Shown here: positions 19,767 through 31,945 of the stretch, one piece after another
Numbering within the stretch: the stretch's first letter is position 1
Layout: every line of letters starts with the position of its first letter
Assembly: GCA_963706595.1 (NCBI GenBank)
Contig: OY970166.1
Location: 5,088,001-5,152,000 of the forward strand
Source of the DNA: an uncultured cyanobacterium
GTDB lineage: Bacteria; Cyanobacteriota; Cyanobacteriia; Cyanobacteriales; Nostocaceae
DNA: 64,000 nt
Direction: 5' to 3'
Made by a program: the position numbers and the translations under genes
The notes under the pieces: model-generated
What the model saw: the letters and a program-made list of their open reading frames with translations, nothing else
Database searches by the model: none
What the model was told of the DNA's origin: nothing

Positions 19767-20576
19767 ATGATGATCAAGTTAATTGGGATTGTTTTGAGTT
19801 TGTTGTTGGTGTTGGGCTGGAGTACACCAGTTTTGGCAGTATCGGAAGTGCCTAGTATTACTCCAGAACAGTTAAAACAAGGAGATGAATGGGCTAATAA
19901 GGCTTTAAAAGCGACTAATAAGGGTGATTTTGCCACGGCGGAAACTTACTGGACACAGATTATTGAGCAGTTTCCCACTAATGCAGGTGCATGGAGTAAC
20001 CGGGGAAATTCGCGGGTGAGTCAGAATAAGTTGCAAGCAGCATTGACAGATTATAACCAAGCGATAGAATTAGCCCCCAATGCCACTGATCCTTATTTAA
20101 ATCGGGGTACAGCTTTGGAAGGATTGGGAAAATGGCAAGAGGCGATCGCAGACTATAATCATGTTTTAGAACTTGATCCTAATGATCCGATGGCGTATAA
20201 CAATCGGGGTAATGCCAAATCAGGTTTAGGACAATGGCAAGATGCGATCGCAGACTATCAAAAATCAATGGAAATCGCCCCAAATTTTGCCTTTGCGCGA
20301 GCTAACTACGCCCTCGCCCTTTATGAAACTGGTCAAATCGACGAAGCCATCCGTGAGATGAAGAACATCGTCCGCAAATATCCCCAATTTGCCGATATGC
20401 GTGCCGCCCTCACAGCAGCTTACTGGGTAAATGGCAACCAAGGCGAAGCCGAAAGCAACTGGGTAGCAGCTTATGGGCTGGATAACCGCTACAAAGATAT
20501 GAACTGGGTAACAAATATCCGCCGTTGGCCTCCCAGTATGGTAGTAGCTTTAGATAAATTTTTGAAACTTCAGTAA
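19767..20576 (+). CDS. TPR-repeat protein with signal peptide
   Basis: Repeated AY.NRG..A.ADY..A motifs. Confidence 0.92.
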   Translation: MMIKLIGIVLSLLLVLGWSTPVLAVSEVPSITPEQLKQGDEWANKALKATNKGDFATAETYWTQIIEQFPTNAGAWSNRGNSRVSQNKLQAALTDYNQAIELAPNATDPYLNRGTALEGLGKWQEAIADYNHVLELDPNDPMAYNNRGNAKSGLGQWQDAIADYQKSMEIAPNFAFARANYALALYETGQIDEAIREMKNIVRKYPQFADMRAALTAAYWVNGNQGEAESNWVAAYGLDNRYKDMNWVTNIRRWPPSMVVALDKFLKLQ

Positions 20577-20660
20577 GTATCCTTAAAGGCTTTTAAGCAG
20601 GTGTCAAAGATACGGTAGTATCTGGATAATTTGAAATTGTTGTGAAGAAAAGTCAAATTT

Positions 20661-22217
20661 ATGTTTCAAGAGATTGCTGCTCAGATAGCTTTTCCTTCCT
20701 TATTTCCATATTCAGTCACATTCTTAGGCTTTACAAGCGTAGTGGGAATACTGGGCTGGCGCTGGTGGAAACAAAAAAATATTTACAAATCCTTAGCATC
20801 CATCCCCTCACCGCCCCGACACTGGCTGTTAGGAAATGCTCCACAAGTATTAGCAGCAGTAAAACAGAAAAAATTTTTCCAATTATTGTTTAATTGGAGC
20901 CAGCAGCTAGGCCCGATGTATGTTTTCTGGATTGGCTATCCAACTCTGGTTTTGAGTAAGCCAAAAGTTATTGAAGATACCATTATCAATGGGATGAGAG
21001 ACGGTAGCCTCATCAGGTCTCAGCGAGCGAGCAAAGCTTGGAACGATATCGGTGGTCCTATTCTTTTCGGTCAAAACGGGACTGAGTGGCAGTGGCGACG
21101 CAAGGCTTGGAACCCTGAGTTCAGTTCTACTGGTATGTCCAGATATGTGGAAATTATTAGCCAAGCCTGCGAACAGGTAATTGAGAAACTGAAAGAAACT
21201 CCGCCACCAAAAGAAGTTCAGGTAGATCCTCTATTTGTAGAACTAACAATGAGAGTGATTTCTTCTCTAGTGCTGGGCATTCCTGTGGATAGGAAAACTG
21301 CTAGTCCTGAAGGGCCACCTCTTGATGTTCTCAAGGTGTACGAAGCAATGTCTACTTTGGGCTATCGGTTCTTACGGGTAGCTACTGGGGGCGAAAAATT
21401 TTGGATGAAATATCTGCCAACTAAGAATTCACGAGATTATTGGACAGCCAGACGATATTTAGAAGACTTCCTTTCTCCCCATGTTGAATTAGCTTTACAG
21501 ATGAGGGAACAAAACAAAACCGATTTAAAACAGGTAAGTTCTTTGTTCCAAGAATCAATGCTAGTAAAAATAGCTGCCAAAGAACCAAAATACAATCGTG
21601 AAACACTAATAGCAGAAGCTATTGAACTTTTAATAGCAGGTACTGACACAACAGCCCATACTTTATCTTTTGCAGTTGCGGAGTTGGCTTTAAACCAGAA
21701 AGTTTTTCAGCAGGCTCAGGTGATTGTTGATCAAGTTTGGCAAAATCGAGGTGGTATTAATACAGAAAACCTCAAAGAGTTGGCTTACATTCAGGCTATT
21801 CTTAAAGAGACTTTGCGCCTTTATTCAGTCGCATCAGGCTCGACTTCATTGGAAGCCCAACGTGAGATCATGATAGAGGATAAGGTAATTCCTCGTGGTA
21901 CAAAAATCTTCTGGTCAATGCTTGGGGCTGGAAGAGATCCAGAAATATATTCAGATCCGGAAGAATTCTTACCAGAGCGTTGGTTAAACAAGAATACTGA
22001 AAGTAGTCCACTGCCAATGATTCACTTTGGCTCAGGTTCTCACCGTTGCCTGGGAGAACATTTATCAATGCTCGAAGGAACGCTAATGCTATCACTACTG
22101 CTGCGCTACTTCGATTGGGAATTAGTCAATGGTCGTTCATCCCTGGAAAATTTACAGCAGAACCTTTTAATTTATCCAAGTGATAGAATGCCAGTGCGTT
22201 TTCAATTAAGAAATTAG
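20661..22217 (+). CDS. Cytochrome P450 with N-terminal membrane anchor
   Basis: AGTDTT, ETLR, PERW, FGSGSHRCLG. Confidence 0.95.
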   Translation: MFQEIAAQIAFPSLFPYSVTFLGFTSVVGILGWRWWKQKNIYKSLASIPSPPRHWLLGNAPQVLAAVKQKKFFQLLFNWSQQLGPMYVFWIGYPTLVLSKPKVIEDTIINGMRDGSLIRSQRASKAWNDIGGPILFGQNGTEWQWRRKAWNPEFSSTGMSRYVEIISQACEQVIEKLKETPPPKEVQVDPLFVELTMRVISSLVLGIPVDRKTASPEGPPLDVLKVYEAMSTLGYRFLRVATGGEKFWMKYLPTKNSRDYWTARRYLEDFLSPHVELALQMREQNKTDLKQVSSLFQESMLVKIAAKEPKYNRETLIAEAIELLIAGTDTTAHTLSFAVAELALNQKVFQQAQVIVDQVWQNRGGINTENLKELAYIQAILKETLRLYSVASGSTSLEAQREIMIEDKVIPRGTKIFWSMLGAGRDPEIYSDPEEFLPERWLNKNTESSPLPMIHFGSGSHRCLGEHLSMLEGTLMLSLLLRYFDWELVNGRSSLENLQQNLLIYPSDRMPVRFQLRN

Positions 22218-22355
22218 GGCTATTAACTGCTAAAGCTTTCAGGCTTTTGTGATACATTTGCCAATATCGAACAACAGAAATTTTTAGCAAGATTTGCTTA
22301 ATGGGTGTGGTGCGACTCAGCGCGACTTAGGCGATCGCACCACACCCCCATCGTT

Positions 22356-23763
22356 TTATACTGAAGTAGTCTCAGGGACTAACCGATTTTGCTCACGCCT
22401 CCCCTTCACAACCATCTGCACACCGCCTTTCGGACCGAACAGTAAGCCCTTACGTACTGGTAGCACTGGTTGACTATCCGCTAATTCCATTTGCCAATTA
22501 GACAGCACTGTGGCTAACACCAGTTTCATCTCAAATAAAGCAAACGCCATACCAATACAGCGACGATTACCACCACCAAAAGGTATAAATTCTGAATTGG
22601 AAAACTGCCTTTCTAAAAAACGCTCTGGTTTAAATGTCTTGGAATCAGGATATAAATCTTCCCGATGATGAGTTAAATAAACACAGGGAATTAATAACGT
22701 CCCAGGCTCAAACTGATATTCTCCAATTTGTAACGGTGATTTGACTAATCTAGTCAAAGTCAGCATTGCAACTGGGTAAAGACGCAATGTTTCCGAACAA
22801 ACTGCATTCAAATAAGGCAATCGAAAAATAGCATTGGGGTCGGGTTTTTCGCCCAAAGTGCTTAACTCTTGCAATAATTTCTCACGCACCTGTGGCTGAT
22901 GGTGAATCCAGTATAAAGCCCAAGTCAGTGATGTAGCTGTAGTTTCGTGACCTGCGACTAATAAAGTCATCAACTCATCACGTAACTCCACATCCGTCAT
23001 CGGTTCACCCGCTTCATCACGAGTTGCCATCATCAAAGATAAAATATCAGTCCGGGATGAATCAGGCTGTGCTTTGCGTTCTTGAATCTCAGCATAAACG
23101 AGTTCGTCAATTTGTCGCCGTAAACGCAAATACTCTCCCCAAGGACTCCAAGCGACCTAAATCCCGACGCAGTGATGGGAACATCAGCAGCATTGACCGT
23201 AAAATAGGTGTTTTGGGATTGAGAATGGCAATTAAAAGTTCTTTGAGTTTTTCGTAACGTGGTCCCTCAGCTAGACCAAATACAGCCTTTAAAATTACCT
23301 GAAAAGAAATGGCTTGCATCGATGACAGGACGGAAATAGTTTCACCAACCTGCCATTGATTAGTTACTCTTTGACTAATATCACCAATTAGCTCACCATA
23401 AGCCAACATCCTTTCACCATGAAAGGGAGGTGTTAATAGCTTACGTTGTCGCTGGTGAGGCTTTCCATCTAGGGCTAGTAGTGATTGCTTTCCTAACAAA
23501 GGCGATTGTACCCCGGCGGCTCCACCAGAGTCTAAATGTTTGGGGTCGGTGCTAAAAATCTGCTGAATAGCTTGAGGGTTGCTGACGAATACTTGAGGCT
23601 TAGAAACTGGGCCGAAGCGGAGGGTGAAAATATCACCATAGCTTTTAGCACAGTCTTCCATATATTCCAAAGGGCTAGTCAGCCATTTGTATGTCTGTAG
23701 CCAAGGATGATTTTTGGGACCATCAGGTAGTTGAAGTTCAGGCATTTTGATTATTTTCCCCAT
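22356..23763 (-). CDS. Cytochrome P450 (CYP110-like), +1 frameshift at ~23154
   Basis: AGHETT, ETLR, FGGGNRRCIG; removing one C restores DLGAWSPWGEYLRLRRQ. Confidence 0.9.
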
Positions 23764-23824
23764 GATTTGGAGCCAGAATTTGATCAGCGAGTTATTTATG
23801 CACCCAATTGCTGGATTAATCTTA

Positions 23825-24032
23825 GAGGGTGTTTGAAAAGTCTTATTATTGGTAGCAAAACGTTCTAGATCCCCCTAAGTCCACGCCAGTTGCTCATGGC
23901 GGAAACCCCCAAGACCGCACTGGCTCCCCTTAAGAAGGGGGACTTTGATCGCTGTTCCCCCCTTTTTAAGGGGAGGCTCAAGGGGATCTGCGAGTGCCTA
24001 AAATCACAGCCAACCACTTTTCAAACACGCTC
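23825..24032. mobile_element. MITE with 17-bp TIRs and TTA target duplication (IS5-like ends)
   Basis: TTA|GAGGGTGTTTGAAAAGT ... ACTTTTCAAACACGCTC|TTA. Confidence 0.85.
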
Positions 24033-24076
24033 TTAAAGCCAAAATTTTGTTCACAATTTCTATTAATATTACATTT

Positions 24077-24892
24077 TTAATTTTTAATTTTCCCTACTTT
24101 TTGGAATAATTCAGCTATTTTGAATGGATTTAATTGTTCAACGTTACTTAAAACTATGGTTGCACCTGCGGCTAAGAGTGTTTCACCATAAGCATCACTA
24201 TGGGCGGCTGTTTCCTGGACGTGAGGCGGTAAAATACCCACACCAATCCAATTCCGGTGAGGATGCATCTCTCGCGCCTTCCTGACGGTATACATATCAG
24301 CTACGGTGTCTCCTACATAGATGATTGCTGACAGATGATTTAGTTCATTCTCTAATAAGCTAATTGTGGCAAAAAGTCCGGTGGGGTCTGGTTTCCCCGG
24401 TGCATCTTCCATTGCAACTAATACTGGCGACTGTAAACCCAGACGTTTGTGTAAAACATAAGTAGCAGAAGCACGGGTAGCACCACTGAAAAATCCCCAG
24501 TCAATTCCTGCTTCTGTGAGTTGTTCTAAATAGCTTGGTTGTAATAATAACGGTTCATCACAGATATACCCATTCCAATTTTCTGGGTCTGTGCCTCGAT
24601 AACGAGATTGAAAAAAGGCGACAATAGTTTTGTAATCCAGTTGCAATTGCTGGCGAGTTTGTCCCAGAGATTCAAAGTAGCGATAAATAAATTCTTGGGA
24701 AGCTTCCCAATCATTATTCCAGAGTCCTTCGGATTTTAGCTGGTCAATATCTCCTGGGGTGGGACGATAGGCTGTGTTGGTAAAATGCTCTACAGTGTCC
24801 GCCAGCGCTCGGCGGTAGGAATTGCCGACATCGCGCACAACACCGTCAATATCGAAAATTACAATTGGGTTTAGGGAAGATTTTTCAGTCAT
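24077..24892 (-). CDS. HAD-superfamily hydrolase (TIGR01548-like)
   Basis: FDIDGV, KPDP, YVGDTVAD. Confidence 0.9.
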   Translation of the reverse strand: MTEKSSLNPIVIFDIDGVVRDVGNSYRRALADTVEHFTNTAYRPTPGDIDQLKSEGLWNNDWEASQEFIYRYFESLGQTRQQLQLDYKTIVAFFQSRYRGTDPENWNGYICDEPLLLQPSYLEQLTEAGIDWGFFSGATRASATYVLHKRLGLQSPVLVAMEDAPGKPDPTGLFATISLLENELNHLSAIIYVGDTVADMYTVRKAREMHPHRNWIGVGILPPHVQETAAHSDAYGETLLAAGATIVLSNVEQLNPFKIAELFQKVGKIKN

Positions 24893-25081
24893 GGAATTGG
24901 TGGATGAAAGCAGCTATTAGATTTTAATCGGTGATGGTTAAACAATTTGCAACCACTATTTGGTCATCAGGTGAAGTATTGAGTTAAAATAAGCGATCGC
25001 ACAGCATATACAGTGGGCATCATTTCCACCCGTGCGATCGGCAACATAGTATTAATCCCCAGATATCCCTCGGAGGTATGA

Positions 25082-25381
25082 TTGACCCAATTTATTCTTA
25101 AAATCCTTTGGTTAGACGAAAACGTTGCCCTAGCAGTCGATCAAGTCGTAGGCAAAGGCACAAGTCCTTTAACTAAGTATTTTTTCTGGCCTCGCAATGA
25201 TGCTTGGGAAGAGTTAAAAAAGGAATTAGAGTCCAAACACTGGATTACTGATGTAGATCGAGTCGAATTGCTGAATAAAGCCACAGAAGTAATTAACTAC
25301 TGGCAAGAAGAAGGCAGAAGACGACCGATGGCAGAAGCTCAATTGAAGTTCCCTGAAGTTGCCTTCACAGGTAGCGCTTGA
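25082..25381 (+). CDS. ycf65: 30S ribosomal protein PSRP-3 (Ycf65)
   Basis: [14 protein letters not shown]...[15 protein letters not shown]. Confidence 0.95.
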   Translation: MTQFILKILWLDENVALAVDQVVGKGTSPLTKYFFWPRNDAWEELKKELESKHWITDVDRVELLNKATEVINYWQEEGRRRPMAEAQLKFPEVAFTGSA

Positions 25382-25906
25382 GGAGTGCAACATTCTGAGT
25401 GCTTAGTAGCATAATTGGTTGAAATTAGCAGCGCCCCAGGCGCTGTTTTTACTCAGCGTTCACCGACTTTGGCATAAATAAAATACACCAATCTCACCCC
25501 AAATTCGATCAGTTATTGAGCATTTAACTTGCACAATTTAGACGGGCAACAAGAGGCAGAGGGAAGGCGGCAGGGGAGAAGAGGAAAGGTTGTTACGTAA
25601 GGAAGTTGAAAGTAATTTCTAACTCCCCCTTGCTCCCTGCGCCCTGCTCCCCTGCTTCTTTTTAAAGATGCCCATCCCACAATAGTTATATTAAAAATGC
25701 TGTGCAGAATCAGGTTTTTTTAGCTTACCTAGCACAGAGGTGAAGTCAAAATTCAAAAACTTTATTCTATAGGTTTTTCATTGATTTTCAATGGTGAACC
25801 AGTGATTATATTATTTAATCAGACTGTAATTGTTTTTTGACATCTCTATTTAGGTAAATAGGGATAAATAAGAAACCACAGATAAATACAGATGAATTTG
25901 TGCTTT

Positions 25907-26902
25907 TTAACTTAATATATCAGCGCGGGGTTTAAAGGTTTCTATTTCTCGCAATTTTTCATAAAGTTCCCGTTCTTCAGATGTGAGATTTTTGGGCGTG
26001 ACAATTTGAATTTCTACTAATTGATCGCCACGTTTGCCGTTTTCACCAGGGTAGCCCTTATTAGCTAAACGCAGTCTTTGTCCAGTCCTCACGCCGGGGG
26101 GGATGGTCATTTTTACTGGACCATCGAGAGTAGGTGCTTCTACTTGTCCTCCTAAAACTGCCTCACAGGGGGTGACGGGAACTTGGCAAAATATATTGAA
26201 ACCATCTAGTTTAAATTGGCGATGAGGTTCAACGGTAATTTTTAAGTAGAGGTCGCCACCATTAATACCTTGATTGCGTAACCGGATAGTTTGACCTGTT
26301 ACCATACCTGGAGGCATAGTTACTTCGAGCGATCGCCCATCTTCAAGGCGAATCCGTTCTTTACCACCTTGATAAGCTTTTTCTAGTGGTAGAGTTAATC
26401 TAGCTTCAATATCTCGGCGGGGTGTGCGCGGTGGGCTTTTGGGAACAGTATACTCAACTCTGCTTTTCGGAGAACGAAAGGGATCGGTTTTGGTACTACT
26501 ACCGCCATTTCTAGTGTCTTTACGACCCCCTACACCCACAACTTGATTAATAAAACTCTCAAAATCATTAAATTGTCCTGGATCGACATCTTCACTGCTA
26601 GTACGACCATTGGCGGAACCAGCCCAGGTTTTAGGTTTGGGTGCTTTGTTACTGACAAAGCCTTTCTGCTTCCAGTAGCGGCTAAACTGGTCGTATTGCG
26701 ATCGCCTAGCCGTATCAGAAAGGACTTCATAAGCCTCACCGATATCTTTAAACTTTTCCTCTGCTGCTTTGTTTCCCGGATTGAGATCAGGGTGATATTG
26801 CCTTGCTAACCGCCGATAAACCTTTTTAATTTCTTCGCCGGAGGCATCTTTAGATACTCCTAAAATTTCGTAGTAATCGCGGAAATTCTGCAAATTTTGC
26901 AT
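25907..26902 (-). CDS. dnaJ: DnaJ/CbpA-type co-chaperone (no Zn finger)
   Basis: J domain with HPD motif plus DnaJ C-terminal domain. Confidence 0.93.
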   Translation of the reverse strand: MQNLQNFRDYYEILGVSKDASGEEIKKVYRRLARQYHPDLNPGNKAAEEKFKDIGEAYEVLSDTARRSQYDQFSRYWKQKGFVSNKAPKPKTWAGSANGRTSSEDVDPGQFNDFESFINQVVGVGGRKDTRNGGSSTKTDPFRSPKSRVEYTVPKSPPRTPRRDIEARLTLPLEKAYQGGKERIRLEDGRSLEVTMPPGMVTGQTIRLRNQGINGGDLYLKITVEPHRQFKLDGFNIFCQVPVTPCEAVLGGQVEAPTLDGPVKMTIPPGVRTGQRLRLANKGYPGENGKRGDQLVEIQIVTPKNLTSEERELYEKLREIETFKPRADILS

Positions 26903-26978
26903 AGTTCAATTATTTAACTTTTAATTTTAGATTTTGGTAATAGAAATTGGGGACAGACAGACGCGATGAATCGCGTCT

Positions 26979-29064
26979 CTACAACCAATCATCATCATCA
27001 TCCCAGTTATCCTGGTAGGTTGGTCGCGTGGGTTTGCGAGAGGAACGGTTATCGTCGTAGGCTGGGGAACGACTATCTCTGCTGTAGTTGCGATCGTAGT
27101 CTTTGTTGTAGTCCCGGCCATAAGCATCGCGGGAATCACGTTCTCGATATGGATCACGGGAAAAATCGCGATCGCGATCGCGTTCCTTGTCGCCTCCTGT
27201 AAAAATGTCCCGAATCGTCCCAAACAAGTCCTCATCTTCATCCTCAGCATAATACTCACGCACTTCTCGGTTCAGTTCATACAAAGCATCTTGTAAATCA
27301 GCATAGGCTTGATCAATTCCCCGATCTTCATTTTCCTGGAGACTTTCCCGCAGTTCTCGGCAAATCCCATCAATTCGCTGACGACGGTTGCGGGCAAACT
27401 GCATCCCAAATTCTAATGCCACTTCTCTGAGTTGGCGTTCTGCTTGTAAAATTAAAGCCTCAGAACGAGTCCGCTTTTCTACTCTTTCCTTGCGTTCTCG
27501 GTCAACATCAGCGTATTTTTGAGCATCCTGAATCATCCGATTTACTTCTGATTCACTCAAAGTAGAAGCGCCTTGAATTGTGATGCTTTGTTCTCTTCCG
27601 GTAGTTCTATCTACAGCCGTTACCTGCAAAATTCCGTTAGCATCAATATCAAAAGATACCTGAACTTGGGGAATACCTCTAGGCGCTGGCGGGATACCAT
27701 AGAGCTTAAAACGTCCCAGAGACTTGTTATTTGCTGCCATTTCCCGTTCACCCTGGACTACGTGAATTTCCACAGTGTTTTGGTTATTTTCTGACGTAGA
27801 AAAAATGTCAGAACGGCGAACTGGGATAGTAGTATTGCGGGGAATCAGTTTCTTCATCACGCCACCAATGGTTTCTAATCCCAAAGATAATGGTGTCACA
27901 TCCAAAAGCAGCACATCTTTGAGTTCCCCCGCCAAAATACCTGCCTGAATGGCAGCGCCGATGGCTACAACTTCATCAGGATTGACATTTTCATTGGGTT
28001 CTATGCCAATTAAATCTCGCACTAACTGCTTGACTATGGGCATCCGTGTCGAACCACCAACTAGCACCACTTCCTCAATATCTACGGGTGAAAGTCCAGA
28101 ATCTTTGAGGGCGCGTTTAACTGGTGTCCGGATACGACTAATCAAGTCAATACATAAACCTTCAAATTGAGAACGAGTCAGGCGAGTTTCGAGATGTTTC
28201 GGTCCATCTGCGGTAGCGGTAATGAAAGGTAAATTAATCTCGGTGACGCTGACCGCCGAAAGTTCAATTTTCGCCTTTTCCGCAGCTTCCATGAGACGTT
28301 GTAGAGATTGTCTCTCCCGTCGTAAGTCTACCCCTTCAGCTTCCAGAAATTGGTCTGCTAACCAATCGACTATTTGTTTATCAAAGTCATTACCACCCAG
28401 TTGAGTATCTCCACTGGTAGCTTTAACTTCAAAAATGCCATCGCCGACTTCCAAAATGGACACGTCAAAAGTACCACCGCCCAAGTCAAAGACCAGGATA
28501 GTTTCCGTCGTACCCCTATCTAAGCCATAAGCCAAAGATGCGGCTGTCGGTTCATTGAGAATCCGCAACACTTCTAAACCGGCAATTCTGCCAGCATCGC
28601 GGGTAGCTTGTCGTTGAGAATCATTAAAATAAGCGGGAACTGTAATTACTGCCCCTGTCACGGGTTCACCCAAATAGCGACTAGCATCTTCTGCCAATTT
28701 TTTCATCACCATTGCCGAAATTTCTTCGGGGGCGAAATCCTTTTTGAGACGGGGACAGGGAATTTTAATATTACCTAATTCGTCTTTGCGGATAGTATAC
28801 GGTACACGCTTAGATTCCTGGCTCAGTTCACCATACTGCCGCCCAATGAAGCGTTTAACTGCAAAAAATGTATTTTGTGGGTTGAGAACAGTTTGCCGTC
28901 TGTGCCATTTGCCCCACCACCCTTTCGCCCTCTTTGCTGAAGCCGACAACAGAGGGGGTTGTTCGCATTCCTTCTGCATTGGCAATCACCACCGGCTTAC
29001 CACCCTCCATTACGGCGACTACTGAGTTGGTTGTACCCAAGTCGATGCCGACTACCTTGCCCAT
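26979..29064 (-). CDS. dnaK: Chaperone DnaK (cyanobacterial DnaK3-type C-terminal extension), +1 frameshift at ~28901
   Basis: GIDLGTTNS start in one frame continues as [20 protein letters not shown] in another; DLGGGTFD; paired with dnaJ. Confidence 0.95.
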
Positions 29065-29382
29065 GCGTTACTCTTCTCCTAGCGTGTCTTATAATTTTAT
29101 TATGATTATGCGGCACTACCTCTAGCTGTTTGCTATTGGATGAAAACACTTCAATGGTATGATAGTCATCATTAAGGTTAGAAGTAGAGGAGTTTAAGCT
29201 TGAGGAGCTAGTTGCAAGACTAGGATAACATTGAGAACGCTAAGTATGTCCAAGTAGCCTCAAATCTTATCCGGCAAATACTTAGCTCTACCGTTTCTTC
29301 CAGTTGGGAAATCCACTTTGATCAACGTTGCTTTTTTGTTTTTCGTGTCAAAAAAAGTTGATCCTGCAACTATTTTAAAGCT

Positions 29383-30231
29383 TTGATTTTAAAAGAACGA
29401 TTACTAAATCATCTGCGGCAGATAGCGCGAGAACGCGATCCTTACTTAGCCACAGCCGGGCATTTTTTTGTTCAAGAATACATCCGTCAAGAATTTGCCC
29501 AATGGGAAAGTGTGGAAATCCACACCTTTCTAGTACGCAGTAAACGCTGTAATAATCTCATTCTCAATTTACCTTGCCAATCTGGAACGAGAAAAAAAGA
29601 TTTACCACCAATTTTAATTGCGGCTCATTATGATGCTGTACCAGGGACACCAGGCGCGGATGATAATGCTACGGGTGTAGCGGTATTGTTGGAGTTAGCC
29701 CGAAAATTTGCGGCTGAACCCGTTAAATACCCTTTACGGCTGGTGGCGTTTGATATGGAGGAATACGGGTTGCTAGGTAGTGCTGAATATGCAGCTTTGT
29801 TACATGAACAACGGCAACCTCTGCGTTTAATGATATCTCTGGAAATGTTGGGATATCGTGATTTTACTGCTAATTCTCAACGTTATCCATCTCCTTTAGA
29901 ACGGTTTTATCCGAATCAGGGCGATTTTATCGCTTTAATTGGTAATTTACGCACACTTCGGGACTTAATCGGGATGAGTCGCAATATTCGCCAAGTTGGT
30001 ATATCCAGTCAGTGGCTACCTGTGCCGAATCGTGGTTTAATTGTTCCTCAAACTAGACTCAGTGATCATGCGTCTTTTTGGGATTTGGGTTATCCAGCGA
30101 TGATGGTGACAGATACGGCATTTTTAAGGAATCCTCATTATCACAAATCTAGTGATGCGATCGCTACTTTGGATTTAGATTTTCTCACAGATGTTTGTGA
30201 AGGTTTAGAAGTTGCTATTCGGCGGTTATAA
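29383..30231 (+). CDS. M28 family peptidase
   Basis: AHYD, PGADDNATG, EEYGLLGS, SDH, YH. Confidence 0.92.
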   Translation: MILKERLLNHLRQIARERDPYLATAGHFFVQEYIRQEFAQWESVEIHTFLVRSKRCNNLILNLPCQSGTRKKDLPPILIAAHYDAVPGTPGADDNATGVAVLLELARKFAAEPVKYPLRLVAFDMEEYGLLGSAEYAALLHEQRQPLRLMISLEMLGYRDFTANSQRYPSPLERFYPNQGDFIALIGNLRTLRDLIGMSRNIRQVGISSQWLPVPNRGLIVPQTRLSDHASFWDLGYPAMMVTDTAFLRNPHYHKSSDAIATLDLDFLTDVCEGLEVAIRRL

Positions 30232-30458
30232 CCTGATCATAAATAGCAAGTAGAAGCTCCGTATAACGGAAACTTTTCCAATTTTCCAGGGTGAGTTGCT
30301 TCAGCATCACCCACTCCAAAACTCTCAACTTTTAGGAACACAAAAATACCCGACTTATTCAATAAGTCGGGGATCTGAGCCTTGTTTGTATTTGCAGTAG
30401 AGTCTATATAGAGGATTTGTGTGTAGATGCTTAGGGGATGAAATACCCCACAAAACCT

Positions 30459-31430
30459 TTACATCAGCTTCAAATCGGTGTACTCCGCCAAGATATCATC
30501 AGATGTGAGGGTATCGCCTTCAGCTTGGGGAGTCCAAAGCACCTCAATAGCTAAAAGTTGATCACCGGGAATTCCTCCAATTCGCCGCAAGGCTTGACGC
30601 AAATCATCAGCACTGTTGATTTGTGGGATTTCAAACTTGCCTAATGTCGCTGCTAATAAGGTAACAATCAGGTATTCTCCAGGTCCTTCGCTTATTAGTT
30701 GGGTGGGGTTATCAATTTGATCAGCAGCAGGTAAAGCTTCTTTTTTCAAGGCTGCTTTGAGCTGGTTGTTGACATTAGATAGAGTTTCTTCGCTAAACTT
30801 GCTGCGTTCTGCTAGTGACAACCGGTTAAACTGACCTTCTGCCGCATTTAATTTAACCTGCTGCGTACCACCACCTCCATATACCCAGTATTCTGGATGA
30901 CGGAGTAAAGCTAAACTCGCTTCTTGCAAAACTTCTGCTCTTCCTTCTGGGGAATTAGTATCAGCAGATTCGGCAATTTTGTTGAGTTCGGTTTGCAAAC
31001 CACGAGCTTGTGCTAACAAACCAACTTGCAAACGAGTTACAGATACAGAAGGATTGCTGCTGTAGCCTACTTCTTCGCCTTCACCACTGCTAACACGGCG
31101 AAAGGTTTGCATCAGGAAGTTGGCGATCGCAAGGAAGATTAAAATACTGAATATACCGCCAAATCCGCCGCCGATACCCCAAAAGGGAATCAAGAAAGGA
31201 AAGCCGAAGCCACCACCACCAGGATAGTATCCTCCACCACCACCAGGCGCATAGGTGCGAGGTGTATAGGTACGGCTAGAAGGCGCTCTAAATGAACCTC
31301 CGCCGATACGACCACCACTGCGGGCGGCTAATGCTCCATCAGCATGGCTAAGTGCTAAAGTTAACACTAAGCTGAAGACAAAGAAAATTTTGAACAGGGG
31401 TTTGAGGGTTTTTTGTAGTTTGTTACGCAT
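30459..31430 (-). CDS. DUF1517 protein (FLAP1-like)
   Basis: SGGRIGGGSF N-terminus, LALLRHPE, EVLWTPQ. Confidence 0.9.
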   Translation of the reverse strand: MRNKLQKTLKPLFKIFFVFSLVLTLALSHADGALAARSGGRIGGGSFRAPSSRTYTPRTYAPGGGGGYYPGGGGFGFPFLIPFWGIGGGFGGIFSILIFLAIANFLMQTFRRVSSGEGEEVGYSSNPSVSVTRLQVGLLAQARGLQTELNKIAESADTNSPEGRAEVLQEASLALLRHPEYWVYGGGGTQQVKLNAAEGQFNRLSLAERSKFSEETLSNVNNQLKAALKKEALPAADQIDNPTQLISEGPGEYLIVTLLAATLGKFEIPQINSADDLRQALRRIGGIPGDQLLAIEVLWTPQAEGDTLTSDDILAEYTDLKLM

Positions 31431-31912
31431 AACACAGACGCTTGAAAATGTATAACTTATGATTGCTTTCTGTGGCTGATAAAAATGCTGTGCTGCCTGG
31501 AATCATGCCACATCGGAACTAGGGTTTTGATTGACAGTAGCTGTTTTTAATATTCATTTTTTCTGGCTACATCTCTAATTTACCGCGTCTTATCTTGGTT
31601 AGACAGTAAGCGAAGGGGGGATTTCTGTAGTAGATAACCGTACCTCAACCATACCCACGATTTACCACCAGTCCTGCAATCACGGCTTCTCTCATATATA
31701 TACATAATTTTGGTCATAACTCTGTGATCTGAATTTCGTTGAATAATTTTCTATATCCTTTGTCATAGCAACTTGACGCATATATTTACACAATCACATT
31801 TCATCTATGCAATTTAGTCATCTTCACTAAAGTCAGTAGATTGCTATCATGATGTGTCGGATTGTTAGCAAACTAGCTGATAAGTAGCTCAAACTTAAAA
31901 AACGTAATACTC

Positions 31913-31945
31913 AGATCCCCGACTTCTTAGAGAAGTCGGGGATCT
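31913..31945. repeat. Dispersed palindromic repeat
   Basis: AGATCCCCGACTTCTTAGAGAAGTCGGGGATCT; related copy at ~30347-30376. Confidence 0.75.
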
